A stretch of 64,000 nt of DNA from an uncultured Eubacteriales bacterium (GTDB lineage Bacteria; Bacillota; Clostridia; Christensenellales; Aristaeellaceae), in the NCBI GenBank assembly GCA_902788445.1, contig CADAKE010000007.1:1182-65181 (forward strand), given 5' to 3'. The notes under the pieces were generated by a model. It saw nothing but the letters and a program-made list of their open reading frames with translations. It ran no database searches and was not told the origin of the DNA. Both the position numbers and the translations under genes were made by a program. The stretch's first letter is position 1. Each line of letters begins with the position of its first letter. This document shows, piece by piece, positions 40,333 to 50,800 of this stretch.

Positions 40333-41535
40333 TTATTCGGCAGCTTTTTCAAAGCCGCTCGCGCTCAGCCGGATTTTCAGCGCCAGCACGCGCAGCACGC
40401 TTTCCTCAATCCGCTCCATGGTCAGTTCCCCCTGGCTGACCGCGGTTTGAATGGCGCGAACCGCTTTGCTCAAATCGGGCGGGAGCAGCAGCAGATCGGC
40501 CCCGGCTTTCAGCGCGGCCACGCATTCCTGGCCGGTCTTATAGTTGGAAGCAATCACATTCATCCGCAGGGAGTCCGTCACCACCACGCCCTGATAGCCC
40601 AGTTCCCCGCGCAGCAGGCCGTTCACGACCCGGTTCGAGGTGGAGGCCGGAATCTCTTCTTCGATCAGCCGCATGTATCCGTGGGAAACCATGATCATTT
40701 CAATATCATCTGCGATGGCGTCCCGGAAGGGAATCCATTCCGAAGCGCGCATTTCCTCCACCGTCCGCTTGATGGACAGCTTTTTCAGCGTGACGCCCTC
40801 AAAGGAGCCGCGCCCCGGGAAGTGCGTGTAGCATGGCGCCACGCCGCCCTCCCGCAGGCCCTTCGCCATGGCGGCGGCCATGCGGGACACCAGCGCCGGG
40901 TCTTCCCCGTAGAACTGCATCCCGTCGATCAAATCCTCCAGCGCGGTATCGGCGGTGGGCGCGAAGGTCAGGTTGATCCCAAGCGGATTCAGATATCCGG
41001 AAATATATTTTCCCGCGTCGTATGCTTTTTGTTCGTCGCCGCCTTTCCCGATTTCCTCGGGAGAGGCCGCCAGCTCATAGCCCAGCTTATTGGCGACCCG
41101 GGAAACGAGCCCGCCCTCCTCGTCCACGGCGATGAACAGCGGATACATCTTTGCCGCCGCGGCCTGGCTGTTGATTTGATTCGTCAGGAGGCGAAGCTGC
41201 TCTTCCGATTCGATGTTCTGGCCGAACAGCATGATTCCGCCGACAGGATACTGGCTGAACGTGTTTTCCGTTGGCAGGGCCGTGGTGCGCTTTTCCCTTG
41301 TCAAGGCTTCCGGCTCGACGATGAATAATTGGCAAATCTTTTCCAAGTCGCTCATCCGCCGCATCATCACCCGCGCCTGGAACATGGAATCGGGCGGCAT
41401 GACATCGTCTTCATCAATCACGACATAGCTTTCTTCTTCCGCACAGGCGTTTCCAAAGGAACAGGTGAATAATAAAAAAATAATCAAAAACCCGATGGCG
41501 GTTTTCCGCAAAGCGCTCCCTCCTTTCCCGCGCAA
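40333..41535 (-). CDS. glycoside hydrolase family 3 N-terminal-domain protein (NagZ-like beta-hexosaminidase), secreted
   Basis: Signal peptide and GH3 motifs (IAVDEEGG, THFPGRG, VVVTDSL). Confidence 0.8.
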   Translation of the reverse strand: MRGKGGSALRKTAIGFLIIFLLFTCSFGNACAEEESYVVIDEDDVMPPDSMFQARVMMRRMSDLEKICQLFIVEPEALTREKRTTALPTENTFSQYPVGGIMLFGQNIESEEQLRLLTNQINSQAAAAKMYPLFIAVDEEGGLVSRVANKLGYELAASPEEIGKGGDEQKAYDAGKYISGYLNPLGINLTFAPTADTALEDLIDGMQFYGEDPALVSRMAAAMAKGLREGGVAPCYTHFPGRGSFEGVTLKKLSIKRTVEEMRASEWIPFRDAIADDIEMIMVSHGYMRLIEEEIPASTSNRVVNGLLRGELGYQGVVVTDSLRMNVIASNYKTGQECVAALKAGADLLLLPPDLSKAVRAIQTAVSQGELTMERIEESVLRVLALKIRLSASGFEKAAE

Positions 41536-41615
41536 GTACGCATGGAATTCTCAACCATGTTACACCAGAAACGCGGGAAAATCAAGCGTCGGGAATGGAT
41601 TCTGGCAAAAGTTAC

Positions 41616-41655
41616 AGAAGAAAAGCAGCCAGACGGATATGTTCCGCCTGGCTGC
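41616..41655 (-). terminator. intrinsic terminator candidate after the lipoprotein gene
   Basis: On the minus strand: GCAGCCAG / CTGGCTGC stem followed by TTTTCTTCT. Confidence 0.6.
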
Positions 41656-41673
41656 GTCCCGTGCGCCCGCGTA

Positions 41674-42468
41674 TCAGATTTGCTTCAGGCTGTCGCGCAC
41701 ATGGTTGATAACCGCTTTGTAGCTGCTGTTGAAATACCCGTCGGGGCAGGAAATGTGCAGCATAATGACCTGATTGTTGTCCAGCAGCGCCATCATCACG
41801 CGGCCATAGATCGAAACGCCGCTGGTGTAGGTGCCCTCATAGTCCGCGTAGAAGCCGTCCTTTTTCAGGATCGTGCGGCTGGCCAGCTCGGTGGTTTTCC
41901 AGTTGGTGAAATTGTACTGGCCCAGGTTCTTGAGGGTATCGCGCAGTTCGGTTTTCAGGTCGTTGGTTCTGAAGGTGCTGGCCACGGAATACACGCGGAT
42001 GGTGATCTGCGCGTTGTAGCCGTCCAGCTCGTTGGGATTGATCAGCGTGACAGCGTCCGCCTCGGAATCGTCAATGCCCCAGCCGGCCGGCGCGTCGAAG
42101 CTCAGCCGGATCTTTTCCGCGTTCACCGTGCCGTACTCGAAGGTCAGCGTAGGCTTGGGCGTCGCGGTCGGCATGTCGATGGGATCGAGCGGGATGGGCG
42201 TCGCGCCCGCGTACACATTGCGGCCATAGTCGTCGTACACGGCGCTTTCGTTGAAGTCCTCTTCCCCGCCCTCCTCGGACGCGGGATCATACCCCTCCGG
42301 CAAGTCCAGTTCCAGCCGCGGCACCGCCGTGCTCAGGTCCATGGGGTCCTTCTGCTGGGCACTGACCTGCGCGGTGTCCGCGTCGGGGAAATTCTGCTCC
42401 TGCGCGGCGCAGCCGGTCAGCAAAACCGCCAGCATCACCAGTGCCAATACTCGTAACGCTTTTTTCAT
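41674..42468 (-). CDS. hypothetical lipoprotein
   Basis: MKKALRVLALVMLAVLLTGC lipobox. Start set to ATG 42468 after AAGGAGG. Confidence 0.6.
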   Translation of the reverse strand: MKKALRVLALVMLAVLLTGCAAQEQNFPDADTAQVSAQQKDPMDLSTAVPRLELDLPEGYDPASEEGGEEDFNESAVYDDYGRNVYAGATPIPLDPIDMPTATPKPTLTFEYGTVNAEKIRLSFDAPAGWGIDDSEADAVTLINPNELDGYNAQITIRVYSVASTFRTNDLKTELRDTLKNLGQYNFTNWKTTELASRTILKKDGFYADYEGTYTSGVSIYGRVMMALLDNNQVIMLHISCPDGYFNSSYKAVINHVRDSLKQI

Positions 42469-42541
42469 CCGAAAGATGCCTCCTTGGATCAAGATCGTTT
42501 TCCACATCCGGAAAACGAAGAAATCAAAGTTTTGTAGTAAT

Positions 42542-42570
42542 ATTGTAACATTTCCTTCATCTTTCGTCAA
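42542..42570 (-). promoter_or_regulatory. sigma-70-type promoter candidate for the lipoprotein gene
   Basis: On the minus strand: TTGACG, 17-nt spacer, TACAAT. Confidence 0.55.
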
Positions 42571-42609
42571 GCACTTTGGCGGGTACAGCGCGGGATTTCC
42601 GAGGAGAAT

Positions 42610-43614
42610 TTACAAAAGACCGGAATACATGTCGCCGTTTCGATCCGTTTCCTCGGAGGAAACGTCTTCCGCCGTGACGCGGGGATGGTACAGCCTGCGG
42701 TCGAGGGTCCAGATTTTTTCGCTGAACGCGCCCACGGGCGTGCGGCGCATCACGCCTTCCATCTCGTTCATCTTGGCGTCCATGTCGTCCAGCAGATGGA
42801 GCATCTCCGCCTCGGGAAACATGGGCGGGCGCGGGCTGCCGTGCTCAGGCAGGCCATGGTGGCTGATGATCATGTGGGACAGGAGCAGCACATATTCTCC
42901 CGTCACGTTCGCGCGGCGGGCCGCCTCGCGCACCTGCGCCACGCCGTGCACCAAATGGCCCAGCAGTTGCCCTTCGGCGGAATAGTCGGACACGTTGCCG
43001 CCCTCGTCGCTGATGAACTCGGCGGTCTTGCTCAGGTCGTGGGCGATGGCCCCGGCGCGGAGCAGGTCGCCGTTCAAAAACGGATACAGCGGCAGCACCG
43101 CTTCCGCCGCGCGGAGCACGCCCAGGGTGTGGTGCAGCAGGCCGCTGCGTTCCGCGTGGTGCACGCGCTGGGCGGCGGGATAATAGATCAGCTTATCGCC
43201 GCACATTTTCAGCATTTCCCGCAGGATGGCCTGGAGTTCCGGCACGCGCATCCGGTCGATGGTGCGGTTGATTTCGGAGAGCATGTCCTCCGGCGGTTCC
43301 GGCGCGCAGGGCATGAGCAGGGACATATCCACCATGTCGTCCGGCCGGGAATCGCGCATCTGGTCGATGCGCATTTGCAGCCTGCCATTGAACTCCTGCA
43401 CCGTGCCCGCCACCTTGATCACGCTGCCCTGCTTGGGGGGCGGAACCGTGCCGTCCCATTTCTTGCAGTTGATTTCGCTGTCCTTGTCGCACAGCGTCAG
43501 GTCGAGGTATTTCCCGCCCTTGGCGGAAGTCCGCTGCTCCGCGGAGCGCACCAGCAGGAATCCTAAGAAGCGGTCGTCGGGCTTGAGGGAAGCAATGGCA
43601 AGCTGCTGCATCAT
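42610..43614 (-). CDS. yhaM: 3'-5' exoribonuclease YhaM (OB-fold + HD domain)
   Basis: N-terminal OB fold and HD-domain motifs HHAERSGLLHHTL, AIAHDLSK; 334 aa. Confidence 0.8.
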   Translation of the reverse strand: MMQQLAIASLKPDDRFLGFLLVRSAEQRTSAKGGKYLDLTLCDKDSEINCKKWDGTVPPPKQGSVIKVAGTVQEFNGRLQMRIDQMRDSRPDDMVDMSLLMPCAPEPPEDMLSEINRTIDRMRVPELQAILREMLKMCGDKLIYYPAAQRVHHAERSGLLHHTLGVLRAAEAVLPLYPFLNGDLLRAGAIAHDLSKTAEFISDEGGNVSDYSAEGQLLGHLVHGVAQVREAARRANVTGEYVLLLSHMIISHHGLPEHGSPRPPMFPEAEMLHLLDDMDAKMNEMEGVMRRTPVGAFSEKIWTLDRRLYHPRVTAEDVSSEETDRNGDMYSGLL

Positions 43615-43628
43615 GTGATTGATTTCCT

Positions 43629-44108
43629 TTACTCGTTTTCTTCCGCGCCCGTTTCATCCGGGCACGCGCGGATCATGTCGTTCAGTTTGTTTAAGTGGCC
43701 CTTTTCTTCTGTTTCGATCTGGCGGAACGCTTCGGCGGCGGGGCCGGTCAATTGGGCGGCGAACGCCCCGTACCGGGCGGCGGCCTCCTGTTCCTCCCGC
43801 GCGGCGTACTGGTAGAGCCGCAGGACAGAGGAAAACGCCCCTTTCCGCTGCGCTTCCATGAGGCCGCCGGAAAAGAGCATTTTCGTCGCCTGGGCGGCAA
43901 GCAGCTGCGCGCGCTCAAAGCCGGGCGTTTCGCCGCTCATTTCCGAAAAACGGATGAGATGCCGCCTTTCTTCCAGCAAAATGTCACGGATGGCCTCCTG
44001 GCAGGGGCCATCCGCAAAGACGGCCAACGCCCGCTCATACAGGCGGATGGCGCGTTTTTCCATTTCGCAGGCAATATACAGGGCTTCCGCCGTGCCGCGA
44101 ACCCGCAT
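43629..44108 (-). CDS. ferritin-like/rubrerythrin-family protein
   Basis: Paired E-x-x-H-type helices (EMEKRAIRLYE, EERRHL, ETEEKGHL); 159 aa. Confidence 0.6.
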   Translation of the reverse strand: MRVRGTAEALYIACEMEKRAIRLYERALAVFADGPCQEAIRDILLEERRHLIRFSEMSGETPGFERAQLLAAQATKMLFSGGLMEAQRKGAFSSVLRLYQYAAREEQEAAARYGAFAAQLTGPAAEAFRQIETEEKGHLNKLNDMIRACPDETGAEENE

Positions 44109-44113
44109 GGCGA

Positions 44114-44323
44114 TTACTGCGCCTCGGCCAGGAATTCGTTCAGCTGGTGCACCAGTTCATCCACGTTGGTGCCGTGCACGGCGCAGGCGTCCTCCAGCGA
44201 TTCCATGATCGAATGGGGGCAGCCCAGGCAGTGCATACCGAACTGCATCAAAATGCGGGCGGTGCCGCGATGAATGTTCAGAACGTCGCCAATGCTCATG
44301 CTCTTGTTGACAGTGTTTTCCAT
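44114..44323 (-). CDS. DUF1858-type small redox protein (hybrid-cluster-protein-associated family)
   Basis: MSIGDVL...FGMHCLGCPHS motif; 69 aa. Confidence 0.7.
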   Translation of the reverse strand: MENTVNKSMSIGDVLNIHRGTARILMQFGMHCLGCPHSIMESLEDACAVHGTNVDELVHQLNEFLAEAQ

Positions 44324-44513
44324 TTTCGTTTCTCCTTTCGGGTTTCGGCCTTTCAGCCCGCTTCATGATACGCTAAACATAACGGATTGTCAATAAAAAA
44401 TCGCGTTTCTTTCTTATGCTTTCAGGCCCTTCGCTTTTCAGCAATCCCTTGCTTTTTGGAATGATGTATGGTATCATTATTATGGTATTTTGTGTGAAAA
44501 AGGAGATCATGAA

Positions 44514-45461
44514 ATGCGAAAGAATGCTCTTCTGATCCTCGTCCTTTGCCTCCTGGCAATCTGCTTTTCCGCGGCGGCGGAAAGTCTGACGCCCCTGCCC
44601 ATGGATGCTTTCACGGCTGGCCCGATGCCCGCCGCGGAAAACTATCTTTCTCCCACAGAATACAGGGATGAATCCATCTCGGTGAGCATTTACCAGGATC
44701 GCTTCGCTGATACGGATTATTATTACGCGCATATCAAAATCGCCCATCCGTCCCAGCTGCGCACCGCCCCGGCGGGCATCGTGGGCGCGCCTTCGGCTAC
44801 GTTCTCTTTTGAAACGGAAAACAAAGCCACCCAGATTGCCAAAGCGGCCAACGCCGTCATCGCCATCAACGGCGACTACTACACCAAGTCCGACAAGTGT
44901 CACGTGGCGCTGCGGCAGACCCGGCAGTACCGCAACTTCGCCAACGGCACGATGGACGTGCTGGCGATTGATATGAACGGCGATTTGCACATCCTGCAAA
45001 ACTGCACCAAGCAGGCCTACAAGGAGTATCATGACCAGATGGCCGGGCAGCTTTACAACGTGTTCTGCTTTGGCCCGCTGCTGGCGCTGGACGGCGAGAG
45101 CGTGATCTCCCCCGCCTATTCCAACACCTACATCGGTTCCCAGAACGCCACGCAGCGCTCCGCCATCGCCCAGCTGGGCCCGCTGGAATACATGCTCGTT
45201 TCCACCAACGGGCCCCAGTCCCCCGGCAACAAGGGCCTGACGATCTATGAATTTGCCGCGGTGTGCGCCGAGGCGGGCAAGCGTCTGAGCGAAAACGGCT
45301 GCCAAATCGCCTATAACCTGGACGGCGGCAACAGCGCCGCGATGGTTTTCCGCGCGGTGAACCCGGAAAACGGCAGGCTGGCGATGAAGCGGGTCAATTC
45401 CTCGGATATCAGCGAACGCCACCTGAGCGATATTATTTACTTTGCGACCCTGGTGAAATGA
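44514..45461 (+). CDS. phosphodiester glycosidase (DUF2233/NAGPA-like), secreted
   Basis: Signal peptide; AINGDYY and NLDGGNSA motifs. Start set to ATG 44514 after AAAGGAG. Confidence 0.75.
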   Translation: MRKNALLILVLCLLAICFSAAAESLTPLPMDAFTAGPMPAAENYLSPTEYRDESISVSIYQDRFADTDYYYAHIKIAHPSQLRTAPAGIVGAPSATFSFETENKATQIAKAANAVIAINGDYYTKSDKCHVALRQTRQYRNFANGTMDVLAIDMNGDLHILQNCTKQAYKEYHDQMAGQLYNVFCFGPLLALDGESVISPAYSNTYIGSQNATQRSAIAQLGPLEYMLVSTNGPQSPGNKGLTIYEFAAVCAEAGKRLSENGCQIAYNLDGGNSAAMVFRAVNPENGRLAMKRVNSSDISERHLSDIIYFATLVK

Positions 45462-45462
45462 T

Positions 45463-46431
45463 ATGATGGAAGTGAAAATGATTTCCCTGCCCGGCGGGGA
45501 AATCAGTCTCTACGGGCTGCTCATGCTGATCGGCTGCCTGGCCGCGGCTGGATGGCTGATTCTGCTGGCGGGCAGGAGGGGCATCCGGCGCTCCCACGCG
45601 CTTTTGCTCTGTCTGCTGGCCGCCGCGCTGGGATTGGGGCTTGGCAGGATCGTCTACTGCGCCGTGCGGTTTGGCCGCATGTTTTACGACGAGATGGGCG
45701 ACTATGCCGGGCTCGCGCCGTTCTTTGATTTTGGCGTGGGCGGCGTGAACATCGGCGGGGTGATGCTGGGCTGCATCCTGGCCGCCTGGCTTGCGGCAAA
45801 GATCGTCCGGGGAACAACCGGTGATTTCCTGGACTGCCTCGTCTTTCCCGGCCTCGCTTTATTCATTCTGGAACGGTTGTGCGAGCCGTTGGCGGGCAGG
45901 GGGTACGGCGTCTATCTGTACGATTCCCCGCTCAGCTTCTTTCCCTTCGCCCTGGAAACCTACATGGACGAATACGCGCTTTCCGTTTTCTTTATCGAAG
46001 CGGTTCTGGCGTTCATCCTCGTTCTCGCGCTGCTAATTCTCAAGAAAAAATGCACGAAAAGCGGCCAGTTTTTCCTCTGCGCGCTGACGCTTTTCTGTGC
46101 CAGCCAGATCATGCCGGAGAGCCTGCGGCATGACGACGTGCTGTTCATTTTCATTTTTGCCCGCGTGACGCAAATCATCTACGCCGTGATGCTGGCGGGC
46201 GCGCTCATCGCCGCGCTGATTCCGGCGGTCAAAAAAGGCTTGCCGGTGAAACAGGCTGTTCTTGAATTTTTCCTGCTTTTGGTTGGCGTGGGCGTCTGCA
46301 TCGGCGCGGAATTCGCGCTGGACAAAACCAACCTCTCCCACACGCTCATTTACATCGTGATGATCGCCGCGCTGGCTGGCATGGCCGCGCTGATACTGCG
46401 AAGGATTTTCAGGGAGGAAACCGCTTTATGA
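45463..46431 (+). CDS. polytopic membrane protein, weakly Lgt-like (prolipoprotein diacylglyceryl transferase family)
   Basis: About 7 TM segments and Gly/Arg-rich loops (GLGRIVYC, AGRGYG). Tightly coupled to both neighbours. Confidence 0.45.
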   Translation: MMEVKMISLPGGEISLYGLLMLIGCLAAAGWLILLAGRRGIRRSHALLLCLLAAALGLGLGRIVYCAVRFGRMFYDEMGDYAGLAPFFDFGVGGVNIGGVMLGCILAAWLAAKIVRGTTGDFLDCLVFPGLALFILERLCEPLAGRGYGVYLYDSPLSFFPFALETYMDEYALSVFFIEAVLAFILVLALLILKKKCTKSGQFFLCALTLFCASQIMPESLRHDDVLFIFIFARVTQIIYAVMLAGALIAALIPAVKKGLPVKQAVLEFFLLLVGVGVCIGAEFALDKTNLSHTLIYIVMIAALAGMAALILRRIFREETAL

Positions 46432-47612
46432 AACACATTCGTTTGCTGGCACTTGCGCTGATTCTGTGTTTGCTGGCCGTACCTGCCAGCGCCGCCCGAT
46501 TTGACCTGGAGGACGGGCGGTATTTCATCCTGTCCACGGGCGGGAGTTTTGCCTATTCCCGGGACACCAGCGGCGTCTTTCGTGTGTGGGGCGACAACCA
46601 GTACGGCCAGCTTGGCAAGGGCCATTTCAACAACGCGAACGGGATTCTGGGCATTTATCCATCCGATTTTAAAACCAAGAATGCTGACATAGATTTGTCC
46701 CAGGTGAAGGACATTGTCAGCGGCAGCAATTACAGCTTTTTCTGGATGAACGACGGCACGCTCTACGCCGTCGGCAACAGTGATTACGCCACCCTGGGCA
46801 AGCAGGAAGGCTCCTATTCCACCCACAAGCAGTTCTATTTGCCGGAAAAGCCCGTGGCGATTTCCTGCGGCTTCGGCCAGGTGCTGGCGCTGACGGAGAA
46901 CGGCGAGGTCTACGCCTGGGGCCGCAACAACAAGGGCCAGGTCGGCAACGGAGCCCGTCAGAACGTTCTGTCGCCCTACAAACTGCCCCTGCAGAACATC
47001 GTGCAGATTGCCGCGGGCGGCCAGTTTTCCCTGGCGCTGGACAGCAGCGGCCAGCTTTGGGGGTGGGGGGATAATGAATTCAACATCCTTTCCCCCGGGT
47101 CTGAGCCTTTCTTTGCCGTGCCTGTGCAGGTCAATGTCGGCGATATTCGGATCGGCTCCATCCAGGCGGGCGGATACCATGCTGCGCTGATCGACATGGA
47201 AGGAAACGTGTGGGCTTGGGGCAAAAACGACGTGTACCAGGTAGGGATTGAATCAAACGGACGCACGGTCGCCGCGCCGACAAAGGTCGCGCTGCCGCAG
47301 CCCGTGGTGAACCTCACGGTGTATTCCTCCCAGAACTTCGCCATCCTGGAGGATTCCTCCCTCTGGTCATGGGGAAACAACGGCTATGGCCAGCTGGGCC
47401 AGGGCCTGCGCGGCGTCGTTGGCGGCCTGCCCGGCCAGTGTGTGGAGAAGGATGTGATTCTGGTGCAGACCGGCAGCATGTTCGCCCTCTGCGTCCTGCG
47501 GGACGGCACGATGCTCTGCGCCGGGTTCAACAACCACGCCGAGCTTGGCGACGGCACGACCTTCCACAAGAACGTCATGGCCCCCAACGGCATGGACCTG
47601 ATTCTGAACTGA
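46428..47612 (+). CDS. secreted RCC1-repeat (beta-propeller) protein
   Basis: Signal peptide plus repeated WG.N..GQLG blocks (WGDNQYGQLG, AWGRNNKGQVG, WAWGKNDVYQVG, WSWGNNGYGQLG). Confidence 0.85.
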   Translation: MKHIRLLALALILCLLAVPASAARFDLEDGRYFILSTGGSFAYSRDTSGVFRVWGDNQYGQLGKGHFNNANGILGIYPSDFKTKNADIDLSQVKDIVSGSNYSFFWMNDGTLYAVGNSDYATLGKQEGSYSTHKQFYLPEKPVAISCGFGQVLALTENGEVYAWGRNNKGQVGNGARQNVLSPYKLPLQNIVQIAAGGQFSLALDSSGQLWGWGDNEFNILSPGSEPFFAVPVQVNVGDIRIGSIQAGGYHAALIDMEGNVWAWGKNDVYQVGIESNGRTVAAPTKVALPQPVVNLTVYSSQNFAILEDSSLWSWGNNGYGQLGQGLRGVVGGLPGQCVEKDVILVQTGSMFALCVLRDGTMLCAGFNNHAELGDGTTFHKNVMAPNGMDLILN

Positions 47613-47655
47613 AGCGGTAACTATTCAGTTGCGCTTCAAAAGAACAAGATCGATC

Positions 47656-47780
47656 AGATAGGAGATAGGAATTAGGAGATAGAAGATTGATCGTGTCCGA
47701 TGCAAAAGCGCAAGCGGATGCAGCAAATAAAACGCATCATCATTTTTTCATCTCCTATCTCCTCTCTCCTAACTCCTCTC
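47656..47780. repeat. Heptad-arm hairpin element H6 (unit TAGGAGA/TAGAAGA)
   Basis: AGATAGGAGATAGGAATTAGGAGATAGAAGAT (47656-47687) faces CATCTCCTATCTCCTCTCTCCTAACTCCTCTC (47749-47780). Pairing is imperfect and register-ambiguous. Confidence 0.8.
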
Positions 47781-47882
47781 TGGCATGGAGTTCTTATGCG
47801 GTAAGCGACTGAACAATTACTTGAAGCGATTGAAAAACCTGATGAACAAAAGTCTCCGTCCGCGGGGAGAAGGGCAGGATAG

Positions 47883-50800
47883 ATGATGTCGGACCTATAC
47901 AACGGCGAGCAGGCACGGAATGGAAAGCGCAGGATTCTGGTGGTCGAGGACGAACCGATCAACCAGGCCCTCCTGGGCCAAATTCTGGAGGAGCAATATG
48001 ACGTTTCCTTTGCCGCGACCGGCGGGGAAGCGCTTCATATGATTGAGGAGCAGCGCATGGGGTTCAGCCTGATGCTGCTCGACCTGCTTCTGCCGGACAT
48101 GAACGGCATGGATATCCTGCGAAATCTTCGGGAGGATGGCGCCATGTCCTCCTTCCCGATCATCGTGATGACGTCGGACAAGGAAGCCGAGGTGCAGTGC
48201 CTGACCCTGGGCGCGACGGACTTCATTCCCAAGCCCTACCCGATGCCGGAGGTCATTCGCGCGCGCGTGTTCCGCACCATCGAGCTGTTTGAAGGAAAGC
48301 ACATCATCCAGCTCACCGAGCGCGACCAGCTGACCGGCCTGTATAACCGCGATTATTTTTACCGCTACGCCGAGCAGCTGGACCAGTTCCAGCCCGACCA
48401 GGCCATGGACGCGATCGTGATCGACGTGAACCACTTCCACATGATCATCGAGCGCTACGGAAAAAGCTACGGCGACGAGGTGCTCAAGCGCATCGGCGAA
48501 AGCGTGAACGGAACGGCCAGGAAAACGCGGGGCATCGCCTGCCGCTACGAGGCCGACACCTTCATGCTATACTGCCCGCACCAGGAGGATTACGAAAAGC
48601 TGCTGGAAAGCGCCTCCCAGGGTCTGTTTGGAAACAAAAACGAAAACAACCGCGTCCGCCTGCGCATGGGCGTGTATTCAAACGCGGACAAATCCATTGA
48701 TGTCACGCGGCGTTTTGACCGGGCGAAAACAGCGTCCGATACCATCCGCAACAGCTTCACCAACACCATCGCCAAATACGACGTCGCCTTCCATGAGGCG
48801 GAAGTGTTCTCGGAACAGCTGTTGGAGGATTTCCATGACGCCATCGCCAGCCGCCAGTTTGAGGTGTACTACCAGCCCAAGTTCGATATCCGGGGCGAAA
48901 CGCCAAGGCTCAGCAGCGCGGAGGCGCTGGTGCGCTGGCGGCATCCGACGTTCGGCATGATCAGCCCCGGCATCTTCATCGCCCTGTTTGAGAAAAACGG
49001 CCTGATTCCGGAGCTGGATCGCTATGTGTGGCGCGAAGCGGCCGCCCAGATCCGGGATTGGAAAAAACGGCTGGGCTTGGCCGTGCCGGTTTCCGTGAAC
49101 GTGTCCCGAATTGATATGTATGACCCGCATCTGGTGGAAACGATGCAGGGGTTGATTCACGAATTTGGCATCAATACGGAAGAGTTTCTGCTTGAAATCA
49201 CGGAATCCGCCTACACGCAGGAATCCGACCAGATCATCGAAACAGTGAACCAGCTTCGCGCGCTCGGCTTCCGCATTGAAATGGACGATTTCGGCGTGGG
49301 ATATTCCACGCTGAACATGATTTCCACCCTGCCCATCGACGCCCTGAAGCTGGACATGATGTTCATCCGCAGCGCGTTTGAGGAAAAGAAGGATACCCGC
49401 ATCATCGAGGTCATTATCGAAATCGCGGACTACCTGTCCGTGCCGGTGATTGCCGAGGGCGTGGAAACGGAGAACCAGGTGAAGGTGCTGCGGCAGATGG
49501 GCTGTGATATCGTGCAGGGCTATTTCTTCTCCAAGCCGGTGCCAGCCGAGCGATTTGAAGACTTCCTGGTCGCCCTGCGGGATGAGAAAGAAGGCGGCGT
49601 ACCGGAGCGGAGCCCGGAGGAGGACGCGGGCGCGAATGTGCCGGACGTGGCCTCTACCGCCGGTCCGGCCCTCCGGGGCGGCGACCTGGAAAACCAGGCG
49701 ACGAGCGAAAAAAAGCGGCGAGCCATCCCCCTGCGCGGCGCGAGCTTTGTGTTCGTGACCATCGCGTTCATTTTTGCGATCGCGCTCTTTGCGGCGAACG
49801 CCAGCGTCACCCGGGGCTACCAGCAAATGGAGCAGGCCAGCAGCCGCTATATCCAAGCCCAGCAGGCCGCCAACGCGCTGGAGGTCACTTCGGATTATAT
49901 GACGGACAAGGCGCGCTGTTTTGTGGCGACGGGCGAGATCGAATACCTGAACGACTTTTTCCAGGAAGTGGAGGTGACAAAGCGCAGGGACGCCGCAGTC
50001 GCCGAACTGGAAAACCTGCTCAACGGCAGCGACAGCGCGGCCTATGCCCATCTGTCGGCGGCGCTTGATCTTTCCAATGAACTGATCGCTTATGAACACC
50101 AGGCCATGAAGCTGCGGCTTTCAGCAGGAAGCTATCCCGAAGATCAGATTCCCGACGCGCTGAAAGCGCTGGAGCTCTCTCCCGAAGAAGACGCCCTGCC
50201 CGTGCCGGAAAAAATCACCACGGCGATTGATCTGGTCTATGGCAAGGCCTACATGGATTATAAAACCCGCATCAAGGGAAACATCGCCCTGTGCACCGAG
50301 GACCTGATCGCCGAGTCCGACGGCGCGCTCCGGCAGTCCGCCCGGCGCATGACCAGCCTGCTGCGGCTGCAAACCACGCTGACCGTGCTGATGCTGCTGG
50401 TGGTGCTGGTGATGGTGGTCTTTATCTCGCTATGGGTGCGTAAGCCGCTCACGCGCATGGTGTCCCTGATGAAGGACAAAAAGACCGTGCCGCCCGACGG
50501 CGCGGAGGAATTGCAGTTTGTGTCGCAGACCTACAATGAAATCCTCGAGGAAAACGAAAAGGCCAACGACCGCCTGACCTATGAGGCCATGCACGATACG
50601 CTGACCGGACTGTACAACCAGAACGGCTATGATATCCTGCGCCGGAGCGTCGACCTGGCCCACGTAGCGCTCCTGATTCTGGACATCAATGGAATCAAGG
50701 GCGTCAGTGAAGCCTATGGCCGCGACATTGCCGACCAGGTGATCCGTGAGGCGGCTGAAATCATGCAGCGCAGCTTCCGTTCGGTGGACTTGAAGTTCCG

